From positions 192,001 to 256,000 of the forward strand of contig JBOEGD010000001.1 of assembly GCA_050633245.1 (NCBI GenBank): a stretch of DNA of 64,000 nt, given 5' to 3'. The translations under genes were made by a program, and so were the position numbers. The stretch is from Calditrichia bacterium. Its GTDB lineage: Bacteria; Calditrichota; Calditrichia; RBG-13-44-9; J075. How positions within the stretch are numbered: the stretch's first letter is position 1; every line of letters starts with the position of its first letter. The notes beneath the pieces are model-generated. The model ran no database searches, was not told where the DNA came from, and worked only from the letters and a program-made list of their open reading frames with translations. Shown here in pieces: positions 1-10,900 of the stretch.

Positions 1-1
1 T

Positions 2-244
2 CGTATTCACAGTCATTTTCACGGCGCTGAATATCCAGGTTACCTGGTTTGGAATCCCACGGTTTATAACGTGGGAAGACGCTTCTCCAAGGTCCTGAAT
101 ATGGATAAAATGGACAATCAGATTCAGCTTCTATCAAACTCCTGGTATTACGACACATCAAATTTAGAAGCGCAATTTGCCATTCCACAACGAGATACTC
201 TCACCCAAATTCAGCGTTATCTCACCGAAAAAGTCTTCGATTAA
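2..244 (+). CDS. 3' end of a protein truncated by the window edge (possibly NAD-dependent epimerase/dehydratase-like tail)
   Basis: Frame 2 is open from the edge to TAA at 242-244 (...SNSWYYDTSNLEAQFAIPQRDTLTQIQRYLTEKVFD*). The family guess is weak. Confidence 0.4.
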   Translation, partial: RIHSHFHGAEYPGYLVWNPTVYNVGRRFSKVLNMDKMDNQIQLLSNSWYYDTSNLEAQFAIPQRDTLTQIQRYLTEKVFD

Positions 245-331
245 GCCCTTCTTTTTTTCCAAAATTCTCTGCTCATTTTTGCAAATCAATTTTTACCGTT
301 TTGCCGTTAGGTAGAATTAATACGACAAAGA

Positions 332-353
332 TATAATTGTGATATGCCACAAT
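332..353 (+). promoter_or_regulatory. Candidate -10 box overlapped by a palindromic operator upstream of the EPS operon
   Basis: TATAAT at 332-337; ATTGTG-N6-CACAAT at 336-353; no convincing -35 box. Confidence 0.35.
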
Positions 354-393
354 GGTAAAATAGTGATTGAGAGTATTTTTCAGCATTCCAACA

Positions 394-623
394 GGCTCAA
401 CGAATGGATTCGCCGAGCCATACGAAATGCCCCTTCGTGATGGAAATATGGTGCCTGAAACCTCTGGGATAGGGGAGGCACCTGCTTTGTGCCTGGCAAT
501 CCTAAGCTTGTCACAGACTTGATCTTTGTGTACTACTTCTGTCGCTATTGCCCGGTGACGTTAATCGTGGTTACGACTGTCTTGATACCCCAGCCAAATC
601 AAGCATAGTTCTGGAATCTCCAG
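394..623 (+). ncRNA. Putative structured 5' leader of the EPS operon
   Basis: Consecutive hairpins: GGCTC/GAGCC with inner CGAAT/ATTCG (394-419), ACGAA/TTCGT (422-438), GGTGCCT/AGGCACC (450-482), CACA/TGTG (512-530), GTCGC/GTGAC (541-559), TCGT/ACGA (565-576), CTGGA/TCCAG (611-623). Confidence 0.3.
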
Positions 624-749
624 TGTTTATTTAGTAAAACGATGCAAATTTTAATTGCTAAAAATGGTATGCCGGAATGGCGATAATGGAAATAGTGGTT
701 TCAAAGATTAAACCATTACTGAGATTATTTTGTTAATGGAGTAACAACG

Positions 750-1361
750 TTGGGTAATTCTACGATCTTTTATAAGTGCTTCTTAATTTTTACGCTTTGG
801 TGCTTTCCGGTTCTATCTCAAAACATTGGACCTGGCGATGGCGTTCGCCTTACACTTTACAATATTAGTGATCCACTTACGGGCGACTACTATGTACAGG
901 AAGACTGGCACATCCAGTTGCCCTATATTGGCCTTGTCGATGTTCGGCAGCGTGAGATCAACGAGATTCGCAACGAGATATTTGAAAAATACGCGAAGAT
1001 TTATCGAAATCCAGAACTCACTGTAAGGGCGCTTTACAGAATTAATGTTCTTGGCGAGATAAAAAATCCCGGGGTCTACTTCGTAACAGGAGTTGAGAAA
1101 ATTTCAGATTTGCTTGCGGAAGCAGGTGGCGAAACGCGTGACGCCAGTATTAACAAGATTTTTTTTATTCGCGAAGATCAAAAGATGGACATTGACGGCA
1201 AAGCAATTTTGGAACAAGGGAAACGTTTGAATGATATCGGTCTGCGTTCAGGAGATCAAATTTATATTCCGCGAAAACGCTGGTTGTCGTTTCGCAACGC
1301 ATCTGTATTGATTTCGGCCTTGGCGCTATCGATTGCTATTTACGACCGTAGCGGAAATTGA
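750..1361 (+). CDS. wza: Polysaccharide export protein (Wza/OPX-like, SLBB domain)
   Basis: Signal peptide; IGPGDGVRL, LPYIGLV, VLGEIKNPGVY and LRSGDQIYIP motifs; directly upstream of wzc. Confidence 0.85.
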   Translation: MGNSTIFYKCFLIFTLWCFPVLSQNIGPGDGVRLTLYNISDPLTGDYYVQEDWHIQLPYIGLVDVRQREINEIRNEIFEKYAKIYRNPELTVRALYRINVLGEIKNPGVYFVTGVEKISDLLAEAGGETRDASINKIFFIREDQKMDIDGKAILEQGKRLNDIGLRSGDQIYIPRKRWLSFRNASVLISALALSIAIYDRSGN

Positions 1362-1399
1362 GATAAAGCATTAATTGAGCTAGAGATTGGGTTTGTAGT

Positions 1400-3892
1400 A
1401 TGAATAATGGAAGTATGACGAGCAATGGGCATCACGATTTTTCCGCCAATGGAACGAATACAAGAACTATTGGAATGCCGGAAATCCTGCAAATTCTAAA
1501 AAGACAAAAATGGTTGCTGATTGGTATCACTATCATTATGGTTCTACTGGCTCTTCTCTACAACCTCTTTTCAACTCCGGTCTATCGTGCTGCAACGATG
1601 ATAAAAAAGGAAAAGCCGCTTAAGGACTACGGCAGCGATGATGTAAGTAAGATTATCCAAATGGGCTCGCCGGATGAGATTGAAACTGAAATAGAAATTC
1701 TTAAAACCCGCGCTGTTTTGGATAAAGTTGTTGATGAGCTTATGCTGTTTTTTCACGTGGGTAAAATTGATCTTCCCAATACGCCGGTTCAAGAATACAA
1801 TATGGATTTGGCCGATTTTAAGGAACTTTATACAAACTTTTATGAGAACCCGGCCTGGTGGCCAAGATTCTCTGAATTTGCATTTATGCCGGGTTATGAA
1901 GGCGGCAGCTACTTTATTGATATATCCAGCGACACATTAAGGCTCTTTAATGCAGAAGAGCTACGCGTTTTGAACGTAATCACCAATAGCAAAAATGCCC
2001 GCTTTCAGGCTGAAGGCGTTGGGTTTACTGTTGACTGCAGTAAAATAATTTCCGGATCGCAAATCTATTTTTCCCTGAAAGACCCGGATGTCGCCATTCT
2101 CGATCTGAAAAATAATATTGAAGTCGATGCCTTACGCAAGACCAGCATCTTCCGCGTCTCTGCGGAATCGCACTCTCCATATATGGCCATGTTGTTGGCG
2201 AATACGTTGGCAGATAAGTTCCGCGAAACGCGCCTGGAGCATAAGCGACAGACCATCCGCTATTCGTACGACTTTGTTGATAAGCAACTTGAAGAGATTA
2301 ACGCGAATCTGAAGGCTGCGGAAGCTGAGCTAAGCGGGTTTCGCAGTAAGAATCAAATTGTAGCAATCGATGAAACCTCGCGTGGGACCATCGAGTTTCT
2401 AAGCAATTTGGAATCGGAAAAAGTTAAGACTGATCTGCAGTTAGCAGAGTATCGCAATCGACATAAAGCGCTCTCGGATGCTGTTGGTGAGACAGGCTAC
2501 TTCGATCAAACATACTTGACGCCAACTCAATCCGATCAACGCGATTCGCCTTTTTCGGTCTTACTGAGGCAGCTTTCCGAAGCAGAGCTCGAACGCCTTG
2601 AGCTTCTGCAAAAGCGAACGGATAATCACCCTGATGTTTTGGCAATAGACCAGCGAATTGAGCAGATAAAAACCCGCTTGGCCGGATTTAATCAAAATAC
2701 GATCACTTCCTACCAGGTATTCATTACGTCGCTTGAACAGAAACAGCGGGATCTGCGACGCCTTATTCGCAAATACGAATCTAAAATTAAAGCTCTTCCG
2801 GCATTTGAAACGCGGTTGCTGAGCCTGAATCGCAAAAAAGGCGTCTATGAAAAAATGTTTGTTCAGCTTTTGGATAAGCGTGAAGAAATGCGGATGGCTG
2901 AACTTTCTAAGCTTCAGGATATTGTCATTGTAGACCCGGCAGATGTACCCTATCGTCCGGTTCGACCGCGCCAGCGTTTTAATCTGTTCTTTGGATTGGT
3001 TTTTGGTCTTATGTGTGGATTAGTAACAATTTTCTGGCGAGAGTTGCGCAGTGATACGATCCGTAGCATAAACGAGATTGAAGATGTATACGGCCTTCCG
3101 GTGATGTCGATTCTACCGGTTTATCCGAAGCAATATATTCGCGAAATTGATAATGAGTTTACTCTGGAAAACCATCTCGAGCTGCTTACCGATGCCGAGT
3201 TTGGCTATAAGGAAGCATATCGCGTGTTGCGAACGCGATTGTCGCATACTCTGAAGGATAACAAGATTTTCATGGTGTCCAGCTGTGAAGAGAATACCGG
3301 GAAAACCACAGTTCTCACAAATTACGCAGTTGCTTTAGCACTTGCTGAAAAGAAGGTGTTGGTAATTGACTGCGACCTGCGCAAGCCGAAGGTTGGAGAA
3401 TTTTTTGGTCTGCCATATCGCTCTCCGGGGCTAATTGGTTTTTTGACCAGGGAAACGCCCAGGCCAACCATCTATACACCTTTTGAAAAGATAAACGGTC
3501 GTAAGATAAAGCTCGATGTTATTCCTTCTGGCGGCACTGTAGACAATTCCAGTGAGCTTCTGGATTCTGAAGAGTTCCGAATGTTCTTGAACGACATTGC
3601 AACGTATTATGATTATGTATTAATCGATACGCCGCCGGTAACACGAACGGTAGATGCTCTGGTCGTTGGCGGATTTATTAAGGAAATGGTGTTTATTATT
3701 CGCCCCAACCTTACGCATAAAGATAGCCTGGCCGGTGCCTTGCAAGACCTGAGACAGTTTGATGTGAACGTCTTGGGAACGGTTGTAAACGCCTGCGATG
3801 AGAAGCTCATGAAAGAACAGTACCGACACGGTTATAGCTATGGATATGGATATCAATATCAGGATCAACCGGATACCGGACGGATTCTGTAA
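1400..3892 (+). CDS. wzc: Polysaccharide co-polymerase / BY-kinase
   Basis: Two TM segments around a coiled-coil periplasmic region; Walker A SSCEENTGKTT, IDCDLRKP, IDTPP; C-terminal tyrosine cluster YRHGYSYGYGYQY. Confidence 0.93.
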   Translation: MNNGSMTSNGHHDFSANGTNTRTIGMPEILQILKRQKWLLIGITIIMVLLALLYNLFSTPVYRAATMIKKEKPLKDYGSDDVSKIIQMGSPDEIETEIEILKTRAVLDKVVDELMLFFHVGKIDLPNTPVQEYNMDLADFKELYTNFYENPAWWPRFSEFAFMPGYEGGSYFIDISSDTLRLFNAEELRVLNVITNSKNARFQAEGVGFTVDCSKIISGSQIYFSLKDPDVAILDLKNNIEVDALRKTSIFRVSAESHSPYMAMLLANTLADKFRETRLEHKRQTIRYSYDFVDKQLEEINANLKAAEAELSGFRSKNQIVAIDETSRGTIEFLSNLESEKVKTDLQLAEYRNRHKALSDAVGETGYFDQTYLTPTQSDQRDSPFSVLLRQLSEAELERLELLQKRTDNHPDVLAIDQRIEQIKTRLAGFNQNTITSYQVFITSLEQKQRDLRRLIRKYESKIKALPAFETRLLSLNRKKGVYEKMFVQLLDKREEMRMAELSKLQDIVIVDPADVPYRPVRPRQRFNLFFGLVFGLMCGLVTIFWRELRSDTIRSINEIEDVYGLPVMSILPVYPKQYIREIDNEFTLENHLELLTDAEFGYKEAYRVLRTRLSHTLKDNKIFMVSSCEENTGKTTVLTNYAVALALAEKKVLVIDCDLRKPKVGEFFGLPYRSPGLIGFLTRETPRPTIYTPFEKINGRKIKLDVIPSGGTVDNSSELLDSEEFRMFLNDIATYYDYVLIDTPPVTRTVDALVVGGFIKEMVFIIRPNLTHKDSLAGALQDLRQFDVNVLGTVVNACDEKLMKEQYRHGYSYGYGYQYQDQPDTGRIL

Positions 3893-3950
3893 AATAGACT
3901 ACTCGCATTCCTGGTAGTCTTAACACTAAACGGATTTTGCAGGTTGGGAA

Positions 3951-5267
3951 TTGAAGCTGTTAACTCGTACATCCTTACCTCATGCTTCGGAAAAGCTGGA
4001 TACAGTTGTTACGAAGCATAATGGCTGGTATGCCATAGAGGACTTTAAGCTATTTCTCAGACGTGAGCGCGAGCGTGAGCAGCGCACCGGCTGGGTTACG
4101 GCTTTTGTCTCTATTTCATTACCAAACTATCAGAAACGTTCGTCGGCTATTTCTAACCGAAGTTACGATCGCTTTTTGGCTCAATTTATTGGTATCATTG
4201 CCAATAATACACGTGATGCCGATATCAAGGCCATCTCAGATAATTATCGCATTTCATTACTGCTGGTCGATACCTCAATGGATCAGGCTAAGCAATTCAT
4301 TGATAAAATTTCTAAGATTCTGTCAGAGTATTTTAAGGGAGAGAACGTTGATCAAGAGCTTCAACTACTCCAAAATGTTCTCATTGCTTCCTATGCTCTT
4401 AGCTCGATAGATAATGGTGGAGAAGTACGCGGTGACGCTATTTCCCTCAAGCATTTCAGATTTCAGGATGAAGTGGATGGGCCAGCGCCTGAGAACGGCA
4501 AGCTTAATAACGCAACGCCTGCTGATGACAGCTTCTATTTTAATTGGGGAATTTTTAGTGCGTCTACACAGCCGTCTCAATTAGACCCGGCACTGACAGC
4601 AGGCCGGACGAAACAATCTTATCATACAGCCTATCCTTTTCTGAAAAGATGTGTCGACATAATTGGCAGCCTTGTGGGAATTCTTCTCTTTCTACCACTG
4701 ATGGTATTGATTGGAGTCCTTGTTAAATTCACATCTAAAGGACCAATGCTGTTTAAACAAAAACGGATTGGATATCGTGGAGAAATCTTTACCTTCTTGA
4801 AATTCCGCTCTATGCGCACGGATATGGATGATTCGATCCATCGGGAATACGTTACCAAGCTGATTGAAGGAAAGAACGATCAGATAAACAATGGCTCGGG
4901 CGAGGATCCTGTGTATAAAATTACACACGATCCACGAATAACCAAGATTGGTGGCTTTCTAAGGAAAACCAGTCTGGATGAAATACCACAATTTTTCAAT
5001 GTGCTGAGTGGGAAAATGAGCTTGGTTGGTCCACGACCACCGATTCCCTATGAAGTAGACATGTATGAAGACTGGCATTTGCGTCGAATCATGGAAGCAA
5101 AGCCGGGTATTACCGGATTGTGGCAGGTATATGGCCGCAATCAGACAACATTTGATGAGATGGTGCGCCTCGATCTCCAATATATAAAGAAACGATCCAT
5201 CCTTCTGGATCTGAAACTGATTCTACAAACGATTACGGTACTATTTAACCCTGGAGCAGGGTTGTAA
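3951..5267 (+). CDS. Priming glycosyltransferase (polyprenyl-phosphate hexose-1-P transferase, WcaJ/WbaP-type C-terminal domain) with degenerate GGDEF-like N-terminal domain
   Basis: KRCVDI, KFRSM, DPRITKIGGFLRKTSLDEIPQFFNVL, MSLVGPRP, KPGITGLWQV; the N-terminus has a GGDEF-like residue pattern with an RDAD motif. Confidence 0.9.
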   Translation: MKLLTRTSLPHASEKLDTVVTKHNGWYAIEDFKLFLRREREREQRTGWVTAFVSISLPNYQKRSSAISNRSYDRFLAQFIGIIANNTRDADIKAISDNYRISLLLVDTSMDQAKQFIDKISKILSEYFKGENVDQELQLLQNVLIASYALSSIDNGGEVRGDAISLKHFRFQDEVDGPAPENGKLNNATPADDSFYFNWGIFSASTQPSQLDPALTAGRTKQSYHTAYPFLKRCVDIIGSLVGILLFLPLMVLIGVLVKFTSKGPMLFKQKRIGYRGEIFTFLKFRSMRTDMDDSIHREYVTKLIEGKNDQINNGSGEDPVYKITHDPRITKIGGFLRKTSLDEIPQFFNVLSGKMSLVGPRPPIPYEVDMYEDWHLRRIMEAKPGITGLWQVYGRNQTTFDEMVRLDLQYIKKRSILLDLKLILQTITVLFNPGAGL

Positions 5268-5282
5268 TGGAAGGAGAAATGA

Positions 5283-6323
5283 ATGCTTAAAGTTGGAGTC
5301 GTTGGATGTGGGTACTGGGGCCCAAACCTGATTAGAAATTTTCGAAATGCAAAAGACTGCACGGTTGTTATGTGTGCGGACAAGAATGAAGAACGTCTTG
5401 CTAAAATGAAATCACTTTATCCGGAAGTAGAAACGACCACGGATCATCGCGATCTATTGCGCGGAGATATTGCTGCCGTTGCTATCGCAACACCGGTGTG
5501 GACACATTTTCCGCTCGCCAAGGAGTTCCTAAATGCGGGTAAACATGTTTTTATCGAAAAGCCGATTACGCCCTCAGCTAATGAATGCCTGGAATTGATT
5601 GATCTTGCCGAAAAGAAGAATCGCAAGCTAATGGTAGGGCATACGTTTGAGTATACGGCAGCGGTAAATAAAATACGCGAAATTGTGCGCAGTGGAGAGC
5701 TTGGCGATATTATGTATATCAGCAGCACGCGCGTAAACCTGGGGCTTTTTCAGCCGGATATCAATGTGATCTGGGATCTGGCGCCACACGATATTTCCAT
5801 TATTTCATATGTGCTTGGTAAAGATCCGGTCTCGGTGAACGCCCAGGGAAGTGCACACTTCAAGGAGGATATTGAAGATGTGGCAATGACGACGCTGAAT
5901 TACGATAATGGCACAATTGCCTTTCTACATAATAGTTGGTTAGACCCCAACAAAATTCGCAACATGGTCTTTGTCGGAAGTAAGAAGATGCTCGTTTACG
6001 ATGATATCAGTCCAAACGAGAAGATCAAGATTTATGACAAGGGTGTGGATAAACCGAAATACTATGACAGCTTTGCAGAATTTCAGTTTTCCTACCGCTA
6101 TGGTGACATTTATATTCCACGAGTCGAGGAAACAGAAGCCCTTAACAGCGAATGTAATCACTTCCTTAATGCTATTCGAAACGATACCACGCCACGCAGC
6201 GATGGCTATAGTGGACTCAGAGTTGTGCGCATTATTGAAGCCGCATGCAAATCTTTGCGTGAAAACGGATCGGCAGTTCCTTTAGAGCCGCTGGAAAAGC
6301 TTCAAGCAGTAGAGGAGAATTAA
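5283..6323 (+). CDS. Gfo/Idh/MocA family oxidoreductase (WbpB/WlbA-like NDP-sugar dehydrogenase)
   Basis: GVVGCGYWG Rossmann motif, HVFIEKP, DLAPHD. Confidence 0.88.
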   Translation: MLKVGVVGCGYWGPNLIRNFRNAKDCTVVMCADKNEERLAKMKSLYPEVETTTDHRDLLRGDIAAVAIATPVWTHFPLAKEFLNAGKHVFIEKPITPSANECLELIDLAEKKNRKLMVGHTFEYTAAVNKIREIVRSGELGDIMYISSTRVNLGLFQPDINVIWDLAPHDISIISYVLGKDPVSVNAQGSAHFKEDIEDVAMTTLNYDNGTIAFLHNSWLDPNKIRNMVFVGSKKMLVYDDISPNEKIKIYDKGVDKPKYYDSFAEFQFSYRYGDIYIPRVEETEALNSECNHFLNAIRNDTTPRSDGYSGLRVVRIIEAACKSLRENGSAVPLEPLEKLQAVEEN

Positions 6324-6324
6324 G

Positions 6325-6807
6325 ATGGATTTTCAGAAGATCGCCCCGGACGTTAAGCTGGCGAAAACAGCCAAAGTCTTCAGCTTTGTCAATCTATACG
6401 GTTGTGAGATTGGTGAGAATAGTAAGGTTGGCACTTTCGTAGAGATACAAAAAGGCGCAGTGGTCGGTGCGAATTGCAAAATATCCAGCCATTCATTTAT
6501 CTGCGAAGGCGTAACCATCGAAGACGGGGTTTTTATTGGACACGGCGTGATGTTCATAAATGATGTGTATCCACGCTCTACAACTGAAGACGGTGAATTG
6601 CAGACCGATAGCGATTGGGAATGCGTTCCCACCCGCATATGCGAACGCGCTTCAATTGGTTCAAATGCCACCATTCTCTGTGGCGTTACGGTTGGGAAAA
6701 ATGCAATAGTCGGTGCAGGAAGTGTTGTTACAAAGGATGTGCCCGAGAATACAATCGTTGCCGGAAACCCGGCGCGCGAGATACGACATATTGAGGAGAC
6801 CAAATAG
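6325..6807 (+). CDS. Hexapeptide-repeat N-acyltransferase (WbpD/WlbB-like)
   Basis: Left-handed beta-helix repeats, HSFICEGVTIED, FINDVYP, VAGNPAR. Confidence 0.88.
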   Translation: MDFQKIAPDVKLAKTAKVFSFVNLYGCEIGENSKVGTFVEIQKGAVVGANCKISSHSFICEGVTIEDGVFIGHGVMFINDVYPRSTTEDGELQTDSDWECVPTRICERASIGSNATILCGVTVGKNAIVGAGSVVTKDVPENTIVAGNPAREIRHIEETK

Positions 6808-7932
6808 ATGCGAGTACCTTTTCTGGACTTGAAAGCTCAGTACAATAGCATTAACACGGAAGTTCATGAAGCCATTCAAAAAGTCATTGATAAAACTGCT
6901 TTTGCCGGAGGACCGTTTGTAAATGCCTTCGAAGAAGAATTTGCTTCCTATTGCACAACCGAATATGCCATAGGTTGCAGCAGCGGAACCTCTGCTCTTT
7001 GGTTGGCATTGGCAGCCCTTGGCGTTGGCCCGGGAGACGAAGTGATTACTGCGGCAAATACTTTTATTGCTACTGCGGAAGCGATCAGCTTTGCCGGTGC
7101 GACGCCTGTATTTGTCGATATTGAAGAGAACTCGTTTAATCTCGATGCCAGCTTACTTGAACAGGCTGTTACATCGCGCACCAAAGCCGTAATTCCGGTT
7201 CATTTGTTTGGCCAAATGGCAGACATGGATCCGATTATGGAAATTGCCCGTCGACATAATCTGTTTGTTATAGAGGATGCCAGCCAAGCTCACGGTGCAG
7301 AGTACAAAGGAAGGCGTGCCGGTTCCATTGGTGACATTGGCTGTTTTTCTTTCTATCCGGGGAAAAACCTTGGCGCATATGGAGAAGCAGGTGGCATTGT
7401 TACCAATAGTGCTGAGTGGGCTGCTAAAATGAAGATGATAAGAGATCACGGCCAGTCGAAAAAATATCATCATGAAATTATTGGATGGAATGGTCGAATG
7501 GATGGAATTCAGGGGGCAATACTCAGCGTAAAGCTGCGCCATCTGGAAACCTGGACAAATGGACGCCGTGCAAATGCCGGGCTCTATCAGAAATATCTCG
7601 CAGATACCGAGGGCGTGCTGCTGCCAAAGGAGGCTGACCAGGCTCGTCATGTGTATCATATATATGCGATTCGTACATCAAATCGTGATGAGTTGATGAA
7701 AAAACTCAGCGAAAAGGAAATCTATTGCGGTATTCACTACCCGATTCCACTGCATCTGCAAACTGCCTATAGCGATATGGGACATAAGCGCGGCGACTTT
7801 CCGGTTACGGAAGCCTGTGCCGATAGCTATATCTCACTACCCATGTTCGCAGAACTGACCGAAGAACAGATTGCTTTTACTGCAGCAACCATAAAGCAAT
7901 TGATGTCTGAAGAAGTGCCTGTTGGAGTATAG
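6808..7932 (+). CDS. DegT/DnrJ/EryC1/StrS PLP-dependent sugar aminotransferase (WbpE/WlbC-like)
   Basis: SGTSAL, IEDASQAHG, SFYPGKNLGAYGEAG with the PLP lysine, IHYPIPLH. Confidence 0.92.
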   Translation: MRVPFLDLKAQYNSINTEVHEAIQKVIDKTAFAGGPFVNAFEEEFASYCTTEYAIGCSSGTSALWLALAALGVGPGDEVITAANTFIATAEAISFAGATPVFVDIEENSFNLDASLLEQAVTSRTKAVIPVHLFGQMADMDPIMEIARRHNLFVIEDASQAHGAEYKGRRAGSIGDIGCFSFYPGKNLGAYGEAGGIVTNSAEWAAKMKMIRDHGQSKKYHHEIIGWNGRMDGIQGAILSVKLRHLETWTNGRRANAGLYQKYLADTEGVLLPKEADQARHVYHIYAIRTSNRDELMKKLSEKEIYCGIHYPIPLHLQTAYSDMGHKRGDFPVTEACADSYISLPMFAELTEEQIAFTAATIKQLMSEEVPVGV

Positions 7933-7976
7933 AAAACGAGACGCAGGAAGATTGAAGGCGTAATATATTCGAAGGA

Positions 7977-10900
7977 TTGAATGCTATGTACACAGGGAAA
8001 AGTTTGCCGGATCTGCTGGCGGAAGGATTACAGCTGTGGCTAAAGGGACCCGATCAACTCGGGTTTAAGGCGCCGCGCGGCAAACTTTCTCCTGAGCTTA
8101 AAGAAAAGCTTATCGCTGCAAAGCCCGAGCTTTTGGTTACGCTGGAGCGAAACAGGAAATATGCGGCCTGTTCTTTCGCACAACACCGGCTGTGGTTTCT
8201 TGAGCAATTAGATGGCGCCAACCCTGTCTACAATATTCATGCTACCCATATGCTGGAAGGGGAACTGAATGTTGAGGCACTGCAAAACAGCATCACTAAG
8301 GTTCTTCAAAGGCATGATTCCCTGCGCACGGTGTTCGATGCCGCTGACGGTCAGCCGTTTCAGGTAATTGCTGATTCCGTTGAGTTTGAACTACAGCAAA
8401 CCGATTTAACCGCTGTTGAAGAAAGTCTGCGCGACGAGGCGATTGAGCACCATTTGCAAAAAGCCGCGGTAGACACGTTCGATCTACAGCAGGGGCCGTT
8501 GATACGGTTCAGCCTCTATAAACTTTCCGATACCCGCCATGCGTTTATGATTCTTACGCATCACATTATTTTTGATGGTATCTCACTCGGTCTATTGATC
8601 AATGAACTGAGTGCTTCTTATGAAGCACTAATTAGCGGAAAAGAACCGGATTTGCCGCAGCTGCAAAGTAGTTATGCTGATCACGTTAGCTGGCAGCGTC
8701 AGTGGTTTAGCGGCGACGTCGCTCAGAAACAATTGGACTATTGGAAAAATAAGCTGGCCGGTGACCTGGAATCGCTGAATTTGCCATTGGACTATCAGCG
8801 ACCGCAAATTCAGGATACGAGCGGCGATATTCTTTTCTCCGAGATTCCACAAGAGCTATTGAACCGGTTGGATGCTACAGCAAAGCAACACAAGGTCTCG
8901 CTGTTTATGCTGCTCGTTACAGCGGTTAACGTGTTGTTGTCTCGATACTGTAGTCAGGATGATATCTTGCTCGGCCTTCCGGTTGCCAATCGCTCGCGAA
9001 AAAAAGTTGAATCTACTGTCGGCTACTTTGCCAATACCCTGGTTTTGCGCACAAATCTGGCCGACGAACCTACCTTTGCAGAAATGCTACAGCGCGTTCG
9101 TACTGTTTGTTTGGATGCGTATAATCATGAAGATGCTCCATTTGAACAAGTTGTAAGTGCCGTTCAACCGGCTCAGGATCGTAGTCGGACACCACTCTTC
9201 CAGGCAATGGTTAGTTATGATGAAGCAGTTAATCATGCCCGAAAGCTTGGGGAAGTGACAATGGAGCGAATGCCGATAAGAAGCAGGGCAGCACGTACCG
9301 ACCTGACTATTTGGATGAGTAAAGAGATCGATTCTATTCGCTTTGCCTTTGAATATGCCACAAAGCTATTTCGCCCGGAGACTATCAGGCGGATGATGGA
9401 TGGATTCCTTGCGCTCCTTGAAGCTGTGGTATTAGATACTTCTTTGCCGATAAGCATACTTCCGGTAATAACCGCCGAAAATAAACACCAGCTGTTGAGA
9501 GAGTGGAACCAAACGCAAGCCGATGTGCCGACAAATTGCTGTTTCCATCAGCTGTTTGAAGAAAAGGCTAAGGAGAAACCCGGTCAGATAGCTGCTTCAT
9601 TTAATGGCAGTCAAATTAATTATGATGAGCTCAATAAAGCAGCAAATCGACTCGCAAATCTGCTGATAGGCTATGGTATTGAATCTGGCGACCTGCTCGG
9701 TATTTGTATGGATCGCTCCTTGAGCATGCTTATTGGCTTATTGGCTGCCCAAAAGATTGGTGCCACCTACATACCAATGGACCCGTCGTTTCCTGTAGAC
9801 CGCTTGCAATACATGTGCGAAGACGCTGATGTGAAGTGTATTCTTTCCGAGACCGTTTATGGCGAATTAGTAAGTGGTTTTTCCGGTGAACAAGTTTTCT
9901 ATGATCAGCTTGAAGAAGAGCTGATGCAACAGCCCGATCGCAATTTGGATATTCGAATCTCTCCTACGGCAGCGATGTACATGATTTATACTTCTGGTTC
10001 TACAGGAAGACCGAAAGGCGCTTTGCTGCCGCATTCTGCAGTTGTGAACTTTTTGAATTCAATGAGTAAGTCCCCGGGAGTGCAGGCCTCCGATCGGTTA
10101 TTAGCGATCACCACTCTGTCTTTTGATATTGCAGTCTTAGAACTTTACCTGCCGTTGATGCAGGGAGCCTGCGTTGTTATCGCAGATAGCAAGACGGTAA
10201 TGGATCCGCCTTCACTGAAGCTGCTTTTGAGCAACGAGAATATTACGGTAATGCAAGCAACACCCACAACTTGGCGGATGCTCCTGGAAACAAGCTGGAA
10301 TCCTCCACCGCAGTTTAAAGCTTTATGCGGTGGAGAAGCAATGCCACAGTCGTTGTGCAACAGCCTGCTGAAAAAAGGCGTGGAACTGTGGAATATGTAT
10401 GGTCCTACCGAAACATGCGTCTGGTCTTGCGTTCAAAGAATGCAGCCGGAGCATGACCGCATCCTTATTGGCAGGCCGATCGATAATACAACGATTTACA
10501 TTCTCGATAAGCATCTGAATCCCGTTCCGCAGGGAGTTGCCGGTGATCTGTGGATTGGCGGTGTCGGATTGGCGTTGGGCTATCATAACCGCCCTGAACT
10601 GACCGTAGAACGTTTTATTGATAATCCATTCTCAAGCGAGCCTGATTCAAGGCTATATAAAACGGGGGATTTAGCACGCTATGTAGCTGATGAAACGCTC
10701 GAATGTTTAGGCCGCGATGACTTCCAAATAAAGATACGCGGATATCGGATTGAACCCGGTGAAATTGAGGTGGCCTTAAAAAGCTATTCCGGGATTGAAC
10801 AAGCGGTTGTTACGGTAAAGACATTTTCTGAGGATGATGAAAGGCTGGTCGGCTACGTTATTTCAGAGAATCAAATTGAAGAACAACTACAATCGATTCG

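Noticed and set aside
394-623. Known riboswitch (c-di-GMP, c-di-AMP, SAM) or ops/JUMPstart element
   Set aside because: I could not match the conserved core motifs by eye; kept only as an unassigned structured leader.
245-749. Sigma-54 promoter for the EPS operon
   Set aside because: The TGG/TTGC pairs I checked did not have GG-N10-GC spacing.
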